This document shows, in pieces, positions 19,528 to 29,920 of a stretch of DNA of 64,000 nucleotides (the stretch's first letter is position 1; every line of letters begins with the position of its first letter). Origin of the DNA: a virus. Its lineage: Duplodnaviria > Caudoviricetes. Made by a program: the position numbers and the translations under genes. The stretch lies in IMG/VR virus record IMGVR_UViG_3300024346_000004, one strand, 5' to 3'. The notes below the pieces were generated by a model, which was given only the letters and a program-made list of their open reading frames with translations, was not told where the DNA came from and did no database searches.

Positions 19528-20169
19528 TTAGCTTGGATCTAACAAGTCTACCAAGTAATGTTTTCCTTGTTTATCTAATATCTCAGCTGTTTTGACAAAT
19601 CTAATATATCTCGATGCCATTCCACCCATACCGGGAGGTCCACCACCTTGCGCTTTGCCTACATTTTTAGCAACATTAAGTGCAATACCCTTAATAGTAT
19701 CTGATAATTCTTCCAAAGATGTTATATCACCAATAGTTTGATCTTTAGGTAATCTTTCCCATCTGCTATCTTCTGTTCTTTTTTGTTCTTTTTCTTCGTC
19801 TTCAGGAGATACATCTTTTCTAGGGATTCTTTTACCAATATGAAGATCGTTAACTGTTCCAGTTTCTTCTCCACCATATGTAGTCCAAACGTATAAAGCG
19901 ATATCTTCAGCAGATTCACCAAGCTTATCAAAAATAATTGTTTGAATATCGATATCGTATAGAATTTTACCTAGTTCATTTAAAGGAGAACCGATTTCTT
20001 CTCTTTGCCCAACAGGAGCTCCGGGGGCTGACATAGGAGCAGTAGGAGCACCACCCATGCCCATCATAGGATCCATACCCATCCCGCCACCCATACCCAT
20101 ATCACCACCCATAGGAGGTGCTGGCGGGGCTGCAGGAGGCATTTCTTGAGCGAATCTATATTTTGACAT
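19528..20169 (-). CDS. Hypothetical Pro/Gly/Met-rich acidic protein (putative virion/head protein)
   Basis: 213 aa; N-terminal MSKYRFAQ, GM/PP-rich low-complexity ends, C-terminal FVKTAEILDKQG motif. Confidence 0.75.
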   Translation of the reverse strand: MSKYRFAQEMPPAAPPAPPMGGDMGMGGGMGMDPMMGMGGAPTAPMSAPGAPVGQREEIGSPLNELGKILYDIDIQTIIFDKLGESAEDIALYVWTTYGGEETGTVNDLHIGKRIPRKDVSPEDEEKEQKRTEDSRWERLPKDQTIGDITSLEELSDTIKGIALNVAKNVGKAQGGGPPGMGGMASRYIRFVKTAEILDKQGKHYLVDLLDPS

Positions 20170-20171
20170 TA

Positions 20172-20624
20172 TTAGCTTGTTCTACTTAAAAAGTCAGACC
20201 AGTGGGAACCTCTACCTGGTGTATGAAATGCTGTAGTTTCGTGCATAGTATCATCAATGACAACTTCAGGCTCTTCTGTTTCTGAAAATAAATCATCTAA
20301 TAATTTAGGGTTGAGAACATTCATGCCATTCCAGTCATTTTGTACCGCTGAGGCTTTTCTTACGATTTGCTCATGACTTAATCCTTGAGCATCAATAAAT
20401 TCATTGGATGAGTCCATCTCAGAGACATTACTCATCGCAATCAAGATAGCATCAGTCATTTTTGATTCTACTAATCTAGAATTATCTGAAGCAGTTTTGG
20501 TCATTTTTGAAGCTGTTTTCTTGAATATATCAGATGCTTCAGCTATAATTACTGCTTGCTCATCGTTCCCTAAATTAGGAACGATTTCTTCTAAAAGTAA
20601 ATGTAAACTAGACTCGATTGACAT
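20172..20624 (-). CDS. Hypothetical acidic protein with KTAS repeats
   Basis: The ORF track starts at GTG 20633; ATG 20624 is better placed after AGGGTG. Confidence 0.7.
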   Translation of the reverse strand: MSIESSLHLLLEEIVPNLGNDEQAVIIAEASDIFKKTASKMTKTASDNSRLVESKMTDAILIAMSNVSEMDSSNEFIDAQGLSHEQIVRKASAVQNDWNGMNVLNPKLLDDLFSETEEPEVVIDDTMHETTAFHTPGRGSHWSDFLSRTS

Positions 20625-20641
20625 TATTATCACCCTACTGA

Positions 20642-20692
20642 TATTTCTTGATATATTATATTTTGTTCTTTAAACATTTTACACCTTCCTTT
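20642..20692 (-). promoter_or_regulatory. Two tandem copies of the AGGA-N18-GAA promoter motif
   Basis: AAAGGA(20692-20687)-N18-GAACAA and AAAGAA(20671-20666)-N18-GAAATA. Confidence 0.6.
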
Positions 20693-23600
20693 AATGTAAC
20701 ACTGATGGATAAACTGCAACAGCCAGAGTATCAGCACCAGTTTCTTTTACTGGATAGGAGAATGTTCTTAATTTAGTTAATGAAGCGTTATATACTTCTA
20801 TTTGACTTAGTAATGTAGCATCTTTACCTGCTACAAATATTTCACCAGCTTTGTTAATACATATAGCATTAGGTGATGACATTATGATGACTTCACTTTG
20901 CAATAAACCACTTGTATTATATTTTCTTAGTAATCCGTTAGAAGTTGTTACATAAATGTTTCCACTAATATCTACACTTACTGATTGAGCATTAGTACAT
21001 GTAAAATGAGTGACATATACTCCGCTACTATTAAATTTGATAATTTTGTTATTATTTTCTGCTATATAAATATTATTATTTATATCCAGGCAAATACTCG
21101 TGACATTGTACATAAGAACATTTGTATTATATTCATTTATCCAAGTAGTTACAGTATTGGTACTATTTAGTTTATTTATATTATAAACAAACACAGATGA
21201 TACAAATGTTTTATAGACTACATATTTATTATTACTACTGTCTAAGGCTATTGATGTTGGTATAGAATTTGTATTCAACGAAGAAATATTAATTTCATTT
21301 GTAATTGTAATATTTGTTTCTAGAATCCAAGCATTATTAGCTTTGTCATATGATCTTTGTCTTAAATTCCTATTTGATGATACTTCCCAAATTTTTCCAT
21401 TTGAATCTACATCAAAAGCATCATATGTATTAATATTATTTACTGAAAGATTTGAAATTGTATCGCCTATGGAATTCTTTAGAACAATACCTGTCGGCTG
21501 AATCATGTTGGTTGGGCCAGAGACAAAATTCAAATACATTAATTGTTCATTAGAAACAATAGTAGTATCTTGTGGAGTTTCAACTACAGTAGATTCACAA
21601 TTAGCACTAGGATTTTTACCATCATAAGGCTTGAACTGTGTAACAAATCTCATATTTCTAATAAGACTAGGATTTTGCCCAGATGGAACATATACAGCCA
21701 AACCTATTTTAGTAGATTTTGCGATATTATTTTTACTTAGGTTTGATCTACCTAAAGATATAGCATTAGTTGATAATGTTGGTAAATCATTCCAAGCTGA
21801 AGGATCTGAATTATATACAGCTAATCCATCTGCTAAATTCCATGTAATATTAGAAGATCCAATAGTATAATAAGGAACTGTAGATGCTGGTTGTGGTAAA
21901 GATATTAAATAATCTTTATTTTCACTAGCTATTCCTGCGATTACTTTAGTTACTGCTCCAGGGAATATTTCAGTATTTTCGTTAAAATCTGTAGCTCTAA
22001 CCCATCTACCGTCTGAACCAGTGCCAGCGAATTCTACAGAATATATACCATTAGCAGAACTTGTTGATTGATTCTTTACTAATATTCTATCCCCAGCTAA
22101 TACTTCTAATCCATCAACTGTTATTGGAGCTCCGCCATATAAAGTAGCTATATTTGTGGTTGTGGCTAATCTACAATCATTAAATCTTACTGTATTAGGT
22201 TGTTTAGCCCAATAAATATTTGTGGAATTTAATACAGGTGAAGATGAACTTAACCATATACCATACCAGCTATTCCCATCTACAATTCCACCAGTTACGC
22301 TTACTCTCAAATAGGGATTTAATTCAGAAGTAGAATTCATCTTAGAATGTCTTACTAACTTAACACTTCTAGAATAACCTAAAGTATATAATCCATTTTG
22401 AGTAGCAGATGTTTGATCTTTAACAATAACAGTAATACCATCTGCTAATGCAACACCATTTAAAGTACCTGATGCTAATGCTGATAAGTCTATATTTGAT
22501 CCAACAGAAATAGTATCTGCATTTGGAAAATTAGAGCTCCATGTATTAGAATTCATAAAATACACATCAGAAGATCCAACTGTTGTAGAAGCAGAATCAA
22601 AATAAGATTCCCATACAGTATCTAAACCTGTTGCACTATTTAACACAGATACAGTTAATGGTTCAATTGAGAATTGATCTGCTGTAGCATTTCCTGAAGT
22701 TACTCTCGAATAAATAGGTTTTTTAGCAGCTCTTACAAATGTTCCTAAATAACGGTCAGCAGCTGTTGTTTGTCCACGAAGTAAAACTCTATTTGAAGTT
22801 GATGATGTTAAATCTACACCATCAATAGTATCTGGTACCGCATTTGTAAGATTAGAAATATTAGTAGCAGTAACAGCATTTGCTTGATAATAATACTTTA
22901 ATGAACTTACAATTCTAAAATATTTATCTACAGTATTAAAAGTATAAGAAGTAGCAGGTGGTAGATGCAATTCATATTCTTGATTTAAAGTACTACCATC
23001 ATTAACTAATACTTTACCATAAGCAAATAATTCATTATCAGCATCAAAATATGGTGCTCTTGCTAATGTAAAATTATTTGTAGCTTTATATAAATAAATT
23101 CCATTTTGAGATGGATTTGTTATTTGGTTCTTTACTAATATTACATCATTAGCTGCTAAGAACGTACCATCTATAAAGTTTGGAGGTGATGCAAGATTGA
23201 TATTTTGTGCAGATCCATTTGTAGCTAATCTGGCAGTAAAATCAGTTAATAATGATTCATCTAAGAAATCTATTCCAGACGTTCCTAATGTTGTAGAAGC
23301 TGGATCATAATAAGATCTGAATGTTTTTGCGCTTGGTAATGTAGTAGAAACATATATTGGCGATATTCCTACTGACTGATATGTTGTGTCTCTTGTTAAT
23401 GTGTAAGAATATTTAGAAATAGCAAAATCATAAATACCATTACCAGGAACATTTGAAGCCAAGTTAGCTGTTAATAAAACAGTATCAAAATTAGCCAGAT
23501 TATAAGAATCTACAATCATAGGCATAGATGTTAATGATGCGACAGATGTATTATATCTAACTGTTACTGTTTGAGCTACATGATATGATTCTGGAATAAA

Positions 23601-26498
23601 ATTTAAACTTCCAAAATCTTGATCTAATAAATAATAAGATACAGTTGGAGTAAGAGTTAAAACAGTATTACTTGGAGTGTATTTAGGTCCAACATATGGT
23701 GCTCTTACTCTACATCCAAATCTAGTATAGTTTTCTGCACCTACTCTTTGTAATGTAATAATTCCAGAACCTACAGAAGCTATACTCCAAATACCTGTTT
23801 CAGGGCTACCATCTGTGTTTGGATAATCATAATATGGCTGAGGATAACCATAATTTACTAATACTCTTTGACCAACTGTAGGAGTGCCATTACCAATTAG
23901 CTTACTCGTTAGAACATTAGAAGTTCCAGTTTCATATAAACTTTCTTGATATCCTAAAGTAACAACCCATTGGCATGTTTGTAATGTATCAATTCCGTTT
24001 ATTGTACTAGAGGTTCCGCCAGCATCAGATAAACTGCTATAAACATGAATATTATGTGTGCCTAGAACAAATGTGTTAGCAGTTGTATATCCAGAAGGAG
24101 TGGTTTCTGCTTGCATATAAAAATGAGCATATCCTGAAGGTAATACTTGGATTCTTACTAATGTAGGCTTAATTAATTCAGAAGTAGTATCAAAGCTTGA
24201 ATGTCTACTCCATGAATTAGCAGATCCAATTTGATAGATACCATTTTTTGTTTTATCAGTATCATAATCTACAAGAATAGTATCTCCTGAGACTAATGCT
24301 CTTGAGATACCAAAACCGTCAGTGATGATAGCTGTACCACTTACTGGATTACCTGTGAAATAATATGTACTGGTAAATTTAGTCCAGGTTGCTGTTTGTT
24401 CTTTCCATGTTTGAGTAAAATCGTATGACAGATAATTTGATTGGAACTTATAGGATGGAATATAAATTTCTCCATGATTTGTTCCTTTCATTGTTTCTAC
24501 AGATATATGAGAATATCTAGCATCTAAATTTACTGTGTTAATATTTGAAGTGTAAGTGATATTATTGGAAATTGTAGATTCATAAGGTGCAGGGGATCCA
24601 TTAACATAATAGATACCATTTTCATTTTTATTCGTTTGTGTTCTTACTACAATCTTATCATTATTCAGCAATTCCGAAGCTATAACCCCATTAATTGATG
24701 CTGTGATTGTTGGAAATGAATTAACAGAATATCCAGATAAATTTTCTGTTGTGTAATATTTAGCAGAAATATTTGTAAATGAAGAATAATTAAAGAAAGT
24801 GACGTTAGCCGAACCCAAAGCAACACTAGTACCAGGAGCATATAACATCCAAGGAGTAGGTTGTGTGCCAGCGGTTAATGTAACTTTTGCTCCTCTAATA
24901 ATCTGGTTATATCCAGAAACAGGATTGAATTGATATGTAAAACTACTAAGAGTAGAAAGATAAATTCCATTTTCTATTGGATTTGTTTGTCCTGTTACTA
25001 AAATAGCCTCACTATCAATAGGTGCTTTACTAAATTGTGTTTCAGGAATTTCGCCAGCCAGATTGACATTAATTATAGTAAGATTAGTACATGGTCTATA
25101 AATATATGGAGTATTTAATCTATCTTCTACTACAATTGCTCCATTTGTTACTGAATTAATTGAGAAAAGATTATTTTGTATACCTCTTGTCATATAGTAG
25201 AAATTTCCACCATATGAGTTGGTACCATTTTGCAAGAAGACTATTGTACTTACTAGTTCATTTGTTGTATCAAAACTTGTTGATCTAGCCCATACACCAT
25301 TGCTTCCTGTACCAGCGCTTGTAACAGAATATATACCATTTTGATATGTTGCTGTCTGATTTTTGACTAGTACTAAATCCCCATTAATAAGGGTGATTCC
25401 ATTAACAACATTCGGAGCTGCTGAAAGATTGATATTAGAAGATGTGGCAACTTTAACTGTTGTAGTTCCAAAATAATGTGTAGCATCAGTCCATTGTAGA
25501 TTCGTATTTGATAAAGTAGCTCCATGATAATATCGGAATACTTTACCCTTGTTTATTGTTCCACTTAAAGAGTAGATGCCAATTTGTCTATTATTTGTGC
25601 TATTACGTAATAAGAAATCAATATTATTCCATTGAGAATCTTTATTTACAGCATTTTGATTTACAGGATATAAACTACTGACATTATAAACACCATTTTG
25701 TGATGCGGTAGTTTGTTTTCTTACTAAAATCCTGTCATTTAAGTTTAATGTATATCCATCTAAAATATCAGGAGCATTAGTGAAATCTGATATATTATTA
25801 GTAGAAGCAACTGCACAAGATGAAAGAGCTCTTCTTGTCGTTCTTTCTACCCATTTAATTGATAATCCAGCATCATAAGTAGCTGTAGTACCAGGCTCTC
25901 CTCCTGATGCATACATAAAATATGACTTTCCTACATCAGGACATGAAGCGTTATCAATAGTGGTAATTCTTCCTCTAAATATAACATTAGCTTGTGTATC
26001 TAATTTATAGTATAGGGAAGATGTGGAGCTAACAGAATCTACAAAATATAATCCATTTTGAGTTTTTGTAGTCTGTGATTTTACTAGTAAATTATCTCCA
26101 GAGTTAAGAACAATACCATCATGTGTATCTGGAGCATTATCTAATATATCACTAGCAAAACCTGATATATTAGTAGTTGTTGATGTAACAGCATTGGGCA
26201 GCACTATTGGATCAACAGTATCTAATAAACAATATTTAAATCTATATCCTAATTGATATAAATCTGATCTTAATGTTGGATTAGTAGGACTTGCTGCTCC
26301 ATAAATATCACCTATAGTTGTGTCAAGCCATAGTTTGACACATTCAACAGAAGAATTTAGCCATTGTAATTGAATAATTTTTTTAGAAGAATATATACCA
26401 TCTTCAATTAAACCAAAATCAAGGCCAGGGAGCTGCGGAGTTGTTATTGTTGATCCGTTAGTGTTGTCTAGTTCTACCCAAATTAAAGCTTGTGACAT
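20691..26498 (-). CDS. Giant repeat virion protein (~12 DRILVKNQ-NGIY modules plus a C-terminal NHL-like beta-propeller)
   Basis: 1935 aa; repeated ATTxNI...DG..L..GDxILVKxQT...QNGIY; C-terminal SIALDSSNNKYV / SVSVDISGNIYV blades. Confidence 0.8.
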   Translation of the reverse strand: MSQALIWVELDNTNGSTITTPQLPGLDFGLIEDGIYSSKKIIQLQWLNSSVECVKLWLDTTIGDIYGAASPTNPTLRSDLYQLGYRFKYCLLDTVDPIVLPNAVTSTTTNISGFASDILDNAPDTHDGIVLNSGDNLLVKSQTTKTQNGLYFVDSVSSTSSLYYKLDTQANVIFRGRITTIDNASCPDVGKSYFMYASGGEPGTTATYDAGLSIKWVERTTRRALSSCAVASTNNISDFTNAPDILDGYTLNLNDRILVRKQTTASQNGVYNVSSLYPVNQNAVNKDSQWNNIDFLLRNSTNNRQIGIYSLSGTINKGKVFRYYHGATLSNTNLQWTDATHYFGTTTVKVATSSNINLSAAPNVVNGITLINGDLVLVKNQTATYQNGIYSVTSAGTGSNGVWARSTSFDTTNELVSTIVFLQNGTNSYGGNFYYMTRGIQNNLFSINSVTNGAIVVEDRLNTPYIYRPCTNLTIINVNLAGEIPETQFSKAPIDSEAILVTGQTNPIENGIYLSTLSSFTYQFNPVSGYNQIIRGAKVTLTAGTQPTPWMLYAPGTSVALGSANVTFFNYSSFTNISAKYYTTENLSGYSVNSFPTITASINGVIASELLNNDKIVVRTQTNKNENGIYYVNGSPAPYESTISNNITYTSNINTVNLDARYSHISVETMKGTNHGEIYIPSYKFQSNYLSYDFTQTWKEQTATWTKFTSTYYFTGNPVSGTAIITDGFGISRALVSGDTILVDYDTDKTKNGIYQIGSANSWSRHSSFDTTSELIKPTLVRIQVLPSGYAHFYMQAETTPSGYTTANTFVLGTHNIHVYSSLSDAGGTSSTINGIDTLQTCQWVVTLGYQESLYETGTSNVLTSKLIGNGTPTVGQRVLVNYGYPQPYYDYPNTDGSPETGIWSIASVGSGIITLQRVGAENYTRFGCRVRAPYVGPKYTPSNTVLTLTPTVSYYLLDQDFGSLNFIPESYHVAQTVTVRYNTSVASLTSMPMIVDSYNLANFDTVLLTANLASNVPGNGIYDFAISKYSYTLTRDTTYQSVGISPIYVSTTLPSAKTFRSYYDPASTTLGTSGIDFLDESLLTDFTARLATNGSAQNINLASPPNFIDGTFLAANDVILVKNQITNPSQNGIYLYKATNNFTLARAPYFDADNELFAYGKVLVNDGSTLNQEYELHLPPATSYTFNTVDKYFRIVSSLKYYYQANAVTATNISNLTNAVPDTIDGVDLTSSTSNRVLLRGQTTAADRYLGTFVRAAKKPIYSRVTSGNATADQFSIEPLTVSVLNSATGLDTVWESYFDSASTTVGSSDVYFMNSNTWSSNFPNADTISVGSNIDLSALASGTLNGVALADGITVIVKDQTSATQNGLYTLGYSRSVKLVRHSKMNSTSELNPYLRVSVTGGIVDGNSWYGIWLSSSSPVLNSTNIYWAKQPNTVRFNDCRLATTTNIATLYGGAPITVDGLEVLAGDRILVKNQSTSSANGIYSVEFAGTGSDGRWVRATDFNENTEIFPGAVTKVIAGIASENKDYLISLPQPASTVPYYTIGSSNITWNLADGLAVYNSDPSAWNDLPTLSTNAISLGRSNLSKNNIAKSTKIGLAVYVPSGQNPSLIRNMRFVTQFKPYDGKNPSANCESTVVETPQDTTIVSNEQLMYLNFVSGPTNMIQPTGIVLKNSIGDTISNLSVNNINTYDAFDVDSNGKIWEVSSNRNLRQRSYDKANNAWILETNITITNEINISSLNTNSIPTSIALDSSNNKYVVYKTFVSSVFVYNINKLNSTNTVTTWINEYNTNVLMYNVTSICLDINNNIYIAENNNKIIKFNSSGVYVTHFTCTNAQSVSVDISGNIYVTTSNGLLRKYNTSGLLQSEVIIMSSPNAICINKAGEIFVAGKDATLLSQIEVYNASLTKLRTFSYPVKETGADTLAVAVYPSVLH

Positions 26499-26520
26499 AT
26501 TATAATCCGAAAAGATTTGT

Positions 26521-26552
26521 ACAGGAGGTTATTTTATTTTTCTACCTCCTGT
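26521..26552. other. Inverted repeat (hairpin/cruciform) between phoH and the 1935-aa gene
   Basis: ACAGGAGGT-14 nt-ACCTCCTGT; no clean U-tract. Confidence 0.55.
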
Positions 26553-26566
26553 GTTAATTATCTTCT
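26537..26566 (-). promoter_or_regulatory. AGGA-N18-GAA-type promoter
   Basis: AGAAGA-N18-GAAAAA upstream of the 1935-aa gene. Confidence 0.5.
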
Positions 26567-27922
26567 TTGTGCTTCTGGTTTATTGAAGATTTCACTAGCA
26601 ACAGCTGCTAATTCAGATCTTTCTACCTTAGACAGAGTAATAGAAGCAACTAAATGACTATGTCTACCACCAGAGATAGCATGAGCAAGTCCGTTTGATT
26701 TAGAATCCAAATATGGGTTTTCTACCTGTGATAAATCGCCTAAAAGAATAACTTTAGAGTCTTTACCGCATCTTTCGACAACCATTCTAGCTTCTTTTGG
26801 AGATAAGTTTTCAGCTTCATCTAATAGAATAATGCTTCTTGGTATACTTCTACCTTGAATAAATGCCATTGCTTCTACTTCGATGATTCCTTCTCTAACC
26901 ATCTCTTCAAACATATTATTTGCTGATAATGATTTTGATCCTAAGATCTGATCAATATTATCTCTAATTGGTCCTAACCATGCAGATACTTTTTCAAACT
27001 TATCTCCAGGAAGAGCACCAATATCTTTACCACCTACTGGGATTAAAGGCTTCATAACAACAATCTTGTCATATGTGCCTTCGTTGATTTGCTGTAATGA
27101 TGAAGCTACGGCTAAAAAGCTTTTACCAGTACCAGCTTTACCAGAAATAGTTACTAGAGGTACAGTTTTGTCATAAAGTGCTTCTAATGCACATTTTTGT
27201 TCAAGATTCTTACCCTGAACATTTTGATATGCTTTAACTGTGGAATTTGATTTATCTTTTAATGTTCGTAATAAACCATTTTTATTATATGTTGGGCATT
27301 TAGCTTCTCCATATTCAAAAATGAGAAATTCATTAGGATAATATGTTCCAATGTTATTTCTTAATTCTTCTGATAGATTAGTGATAGGTGTGTCGTCATC
27401 ACTCCATAACATTTTCCAATCAGTTTCAGAAGTACAAGAAATATATTTTAACCCATTATAATCTTTTTCATCTAATTGATCTGATTTATAATTTTCAGAA
27501 AAACAGTTCCAAGAAATAGCACGTATTCTTAAACCTGTATCTTTAGTTACAACACATACTTTTTTTCTAGGATTAGCTGCTTTCAGAGCCAAGCAGCATT
27601 CAATTATAGCGTTATCCGAATGAACTTTTACAATGTTAGGTCTTTCGTTTTTTTGTAAAGGAGACTCTGTATTGTAAACAAACAATCTACCATTTTGTTC
27701 ATTGATTTTGACACCCTTCATTAAGTCTTGGAGGGTGAAAGCTTCCAAATGTCTGAAAACTTCTCTTGCACTCCAACCAATGATGTCACGCTTGGTTTTC
27801 ATGTCATCTAAATCATCAATAACAGCAAGAGGTAAATAGATATCATTATCTGCGAATTTATACAATGAATAAGGATCATGTAAAAGAACACAGGTATCGA
27901 TTATATATATGTGTTTTGCCAA
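26558..27922 (-). CDS. phoH: PIN-PhoH (PhoH2/YlaK-like) ATPase/RNase
   Basis: PIN motifs IIDTCVLLHDP, SDNAII, VTKDTGLRIRA; Walker A GKAGTGKS; IQGRSI; LDEAEN; GDLSQ. Start reassigned to TTG 27922, 7 nt after GGAGG. Confidence 0.92.
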   Translation of the reverse strand: MAKHIYIIDTCVLLHDPYSLYKFADNDIYLPLAVIDDLDDMKTKRDIIGWSAREVFRHLEAFTLQDLMKGVKINEQNGRLFVYNTESPLQKNERPNIVKVHSDNAIIECCLALKAANPRKKVCVVTKDTGLRIRAISWNCFSENYKSDQLDEKDYNGLKYISCTSETDWKMLWSDDDTPITNLSEELRNNIGTYYPNEFLIFEYGEAKCPTYNKNGLLRTLKDKSNSTVKAYQNVQGKNLEQKCALEALYDKTVPLVTISGKAGTGKSFLAVASSLQQINEGTYDKIVVMKPLIPVGGKDIGALPGDKFEKVSAWLGPIRDNIDQILGSKSLSANNMFEEMVREGIIEVEAMAFIQGRSIPRSIILLDEAENLSPKEARMVVERCGKDSKVILLGDLSQVENPYLDSKSNGLAHAISGGRHSHLVASITLSKVERSELAAVASEIFNKPEAQRR

Positions 27923-27973
27923 TTTGTTTCCTCCTGGCAATCTAAAAAATGGGGATTAATTTCCCTCACTGCA

Positions 27974-28003
27974 ATATTCCCTATGTAGCATGTTATGTCC
28001 TAT
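27974..28003 (-). promoter_or_regulatory. AGGA-N18-GAAT promoter upstream of phoH
   Basis: ATAGGA-N18-GAATAT. Confidence 0.65.
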
Positions 28004-28036
28004 ATTGGTTTAAGCAGATCAAGGTTTTGCAATTAT

Positions 28037-29002
28037 TTAATTTTCAGGCAATTTATCAATAAAATCAGCAGCTTTTTCATCAAATTTGGTATTGTGAGAC
28101 CTTAAATTCAAGATCATTTGTAGCTTTTCTTTATCAAATTGCTTCATTTCATCACCTGACATCCATTTGCTTTGTTTATTATCATTCTCAATTTTTGATA
28201 GATTTTTAGTCAATTTGCCATTATGAAGGTCTTGTAGATCATTTTCCAAATTTGTTTTTAAATAATTTTTAGCTGTTTCAAGAGAAGTGGTTTCTAATAA
28301 ATTATAATCGCTATATGAGACTGATGTTAATTCCCCATTAATCATCACTTTATTACCGTCAGGGCTTACTACTTGATTAGATGTATTCCTTCTTAAAAAT
28401 AAATTTGTTCTTGGAATACATATATAAATCTTGAAAGGTAATGACTCTTCAATCTGTTTAGAGTCTGTCAATCTTAGCACTTCGTTTTCATCATTAACGA
28501 TTGACAGAACTAATTTAGATTTTGTGTCTTTGATAAGAAAATCCCATTCATAGTTATGCTCTGATGTTTGTGGGTAAAAAGCAGGAGCTAGATTAAGTTT
28601 ATCTTTCATCTCAGCAACAGTGAAAAATAAAGAAAATCCAATAGAATCTTCTGGTGTTCCTTTGCGATATGTTCCAACTTTATTCCAATCTACAATGAAT
28701 GGATTTTCTGCATCTAAATTGGAATCTTCTGTAAATTCACCTTTATCGTAAATATTTCTCAACAAAGAATCTTCTAGAATTCTTCTTGCTCTAACTAGAT
28801 TTAAGAATTCTTCATTAGTACCACCAAAATCAGGGTGTTTCTTTCTAGCTTGTTTTCTGAATGCTTTATCAATTAAATCAGAAATGAAAATTTTATCATT
28901 TCTAGTATTACCTTTAGGGAAAGCTTCTCTCGCAATATCTAATATCTCATAGTAATCTTGACTAAAATCAATAATCTTTTTTGGATCAAATTCATTGGAC
29001 AT
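28037..29002 (-). CDS. J-domain (DnaJ class C) co-chaperone with an unknown C-terminal domain
   Basis: DYYEILDI...FRKQARKKHPDFGG...ILED...RNIYD, with HPD motif; no G/F or zinc-finger region. Confidence 0.85.
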   Translation of the reverse strand: MSNEFDPKKIIDFSQDYYEILDIAREAFPKGNTRNDKIFISDLIDKAFRKQARKKHPDFGGTNEEFLNLVRARRILEDSLLRNIYDKGEFTEDSNLDAENPFIVDWNKVGTYRKGTPEDSIGFSLFFTVAEMKDKLNLAPAFYPQTSEHNYEWDFLIKDTKSKLVLSIVNDENEVLRLTDSKQIEESLPFKIYICIPRTNLFLRRNTSNQVVSPDGNKVMINGELTSVSYSDYNLLETTSLETAKNYLKTNLENDLQDLHNGKLTKNLSKIENDNKQSKWMSGDEMKQFDKEKLQMILNLRSHNTKFDEKAADFIDKLPEN

Positions 29003-29040
29003 ACAGGAATTATAAAAGATAAAGCATTATAATTGTAATT

Positions 29041-29367
29041 ATGTGGTACAGACTCGCTCAAAATTATGATATTGACGGTAATCTTGTAGAGGATCAGATA
29101 TTAGCAGATCCTCCGAAAAATCCCGCCCCACAAAATTTAGAAGAAACAGAACAAGATATACCAGCAGGGACAGATATACCTAAACCTGTCCAAGATCTTA
29201 CAGCTGGAATGAGACTACCACCTATCCATCAGTTTTGTCATTGTTATATTCAAAATCATCCTGGTGGTAAAAAAGTATGGCAATTTAGTGAAAATTGCTG
29301 TGAAGAATGTAAAAGTTTAGCTTTAGATTTTAATTCTAAACAAGATCAGATGTATTCACAGTCCTGA
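29041..29367 (+). CDS. Small Cys/His-rich protein with a Mu gpF/SPP1 gp7-like PPxHxxCxC motif
   Basis: MWYRLAQ...LPPIHQFCHC...KKVW...CCEEC. Confidence 0.65.
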   Translation: MWYRLAQNYDIDGNLVEDQILADPPKNPAPQNLEETEQDIPAGTDIPKPVQDLTAGMRLPPIHQFCHCYIQNHPGGKKVWQFSENCCEECKSLALDFNSKQDQMYSQS

Positions 29368-29920
29368 TTTTAATATTATATCCCAGTAAATTAACATCAA
29401 TCTTTTTATTTAGATATGTTTTGTTTGGACATTTTGCTTTGGATATATAATAATTTATTTTTCTTTTAGATTCAGGTTGGAAAATAGAATTTTTAATTAT
29501 TTTATTAGTATGTTTTTTGATTAAATCCCAAGACATATTAGTATTGAAACATTTGTCAAAGATTTCATTTTCCAGTGATTGCAATTCTTTTTTATATAGA
29601 ATTATTTCATCTACTGATAAACATTTAAATGCATTTGTAAGTAAATATCTAAGCATGCGGAAATTAGGGAGATATTTTATTGTTATATCATTAAGTATAT
29701 GAATATCTAATAATATATCAATATCTCCATAAATTTGATTTACATTACCATTTGAAGCAATCCTGTAAATAGATTTAGCTTCATTGCCTTTTCTAATAAC
29801 GATGACAGGTGCGATGGAATGTATATCTATATTAATATTAATGCCAATACCTATAAGATTTACAACATCTTCGTTATGTAATCTTAAAGCAAAGCATATT
29901 TCTGCATTTAGGTTATCCAC
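29336..29920 (-). CDS. Hypothetical protein
   Basis: 194-aa ORF overlapping its upstream neighbour. Confidence 0.55.
   Translation of the reverse strand: MDNLNAEICFALRLHNEDVVNLIGIGININIDIHSIAPVIVIRKGNEAKSIYRIASNGNVNQIYGDIDILLDIHILNDITIKYLPNFRMLRYLLTNAFKCLSVDEIILYKKELQSLENEIFDKCFNTNMSWDLIKKHTNKIIKNSIFQPESKRKINYYISKAKCPNKTYLNKKIDVNLLGYNIKIRTVNTSDLV

Noticed and set aside
20020-20145. GGM-rich tract as a GroEL fragment or tandem-repeat array
   Set aside because: It is only low-complexity Gly/Met/Pro coding sequence, with no chaperonin domain and no regular repeat-spacer structure.
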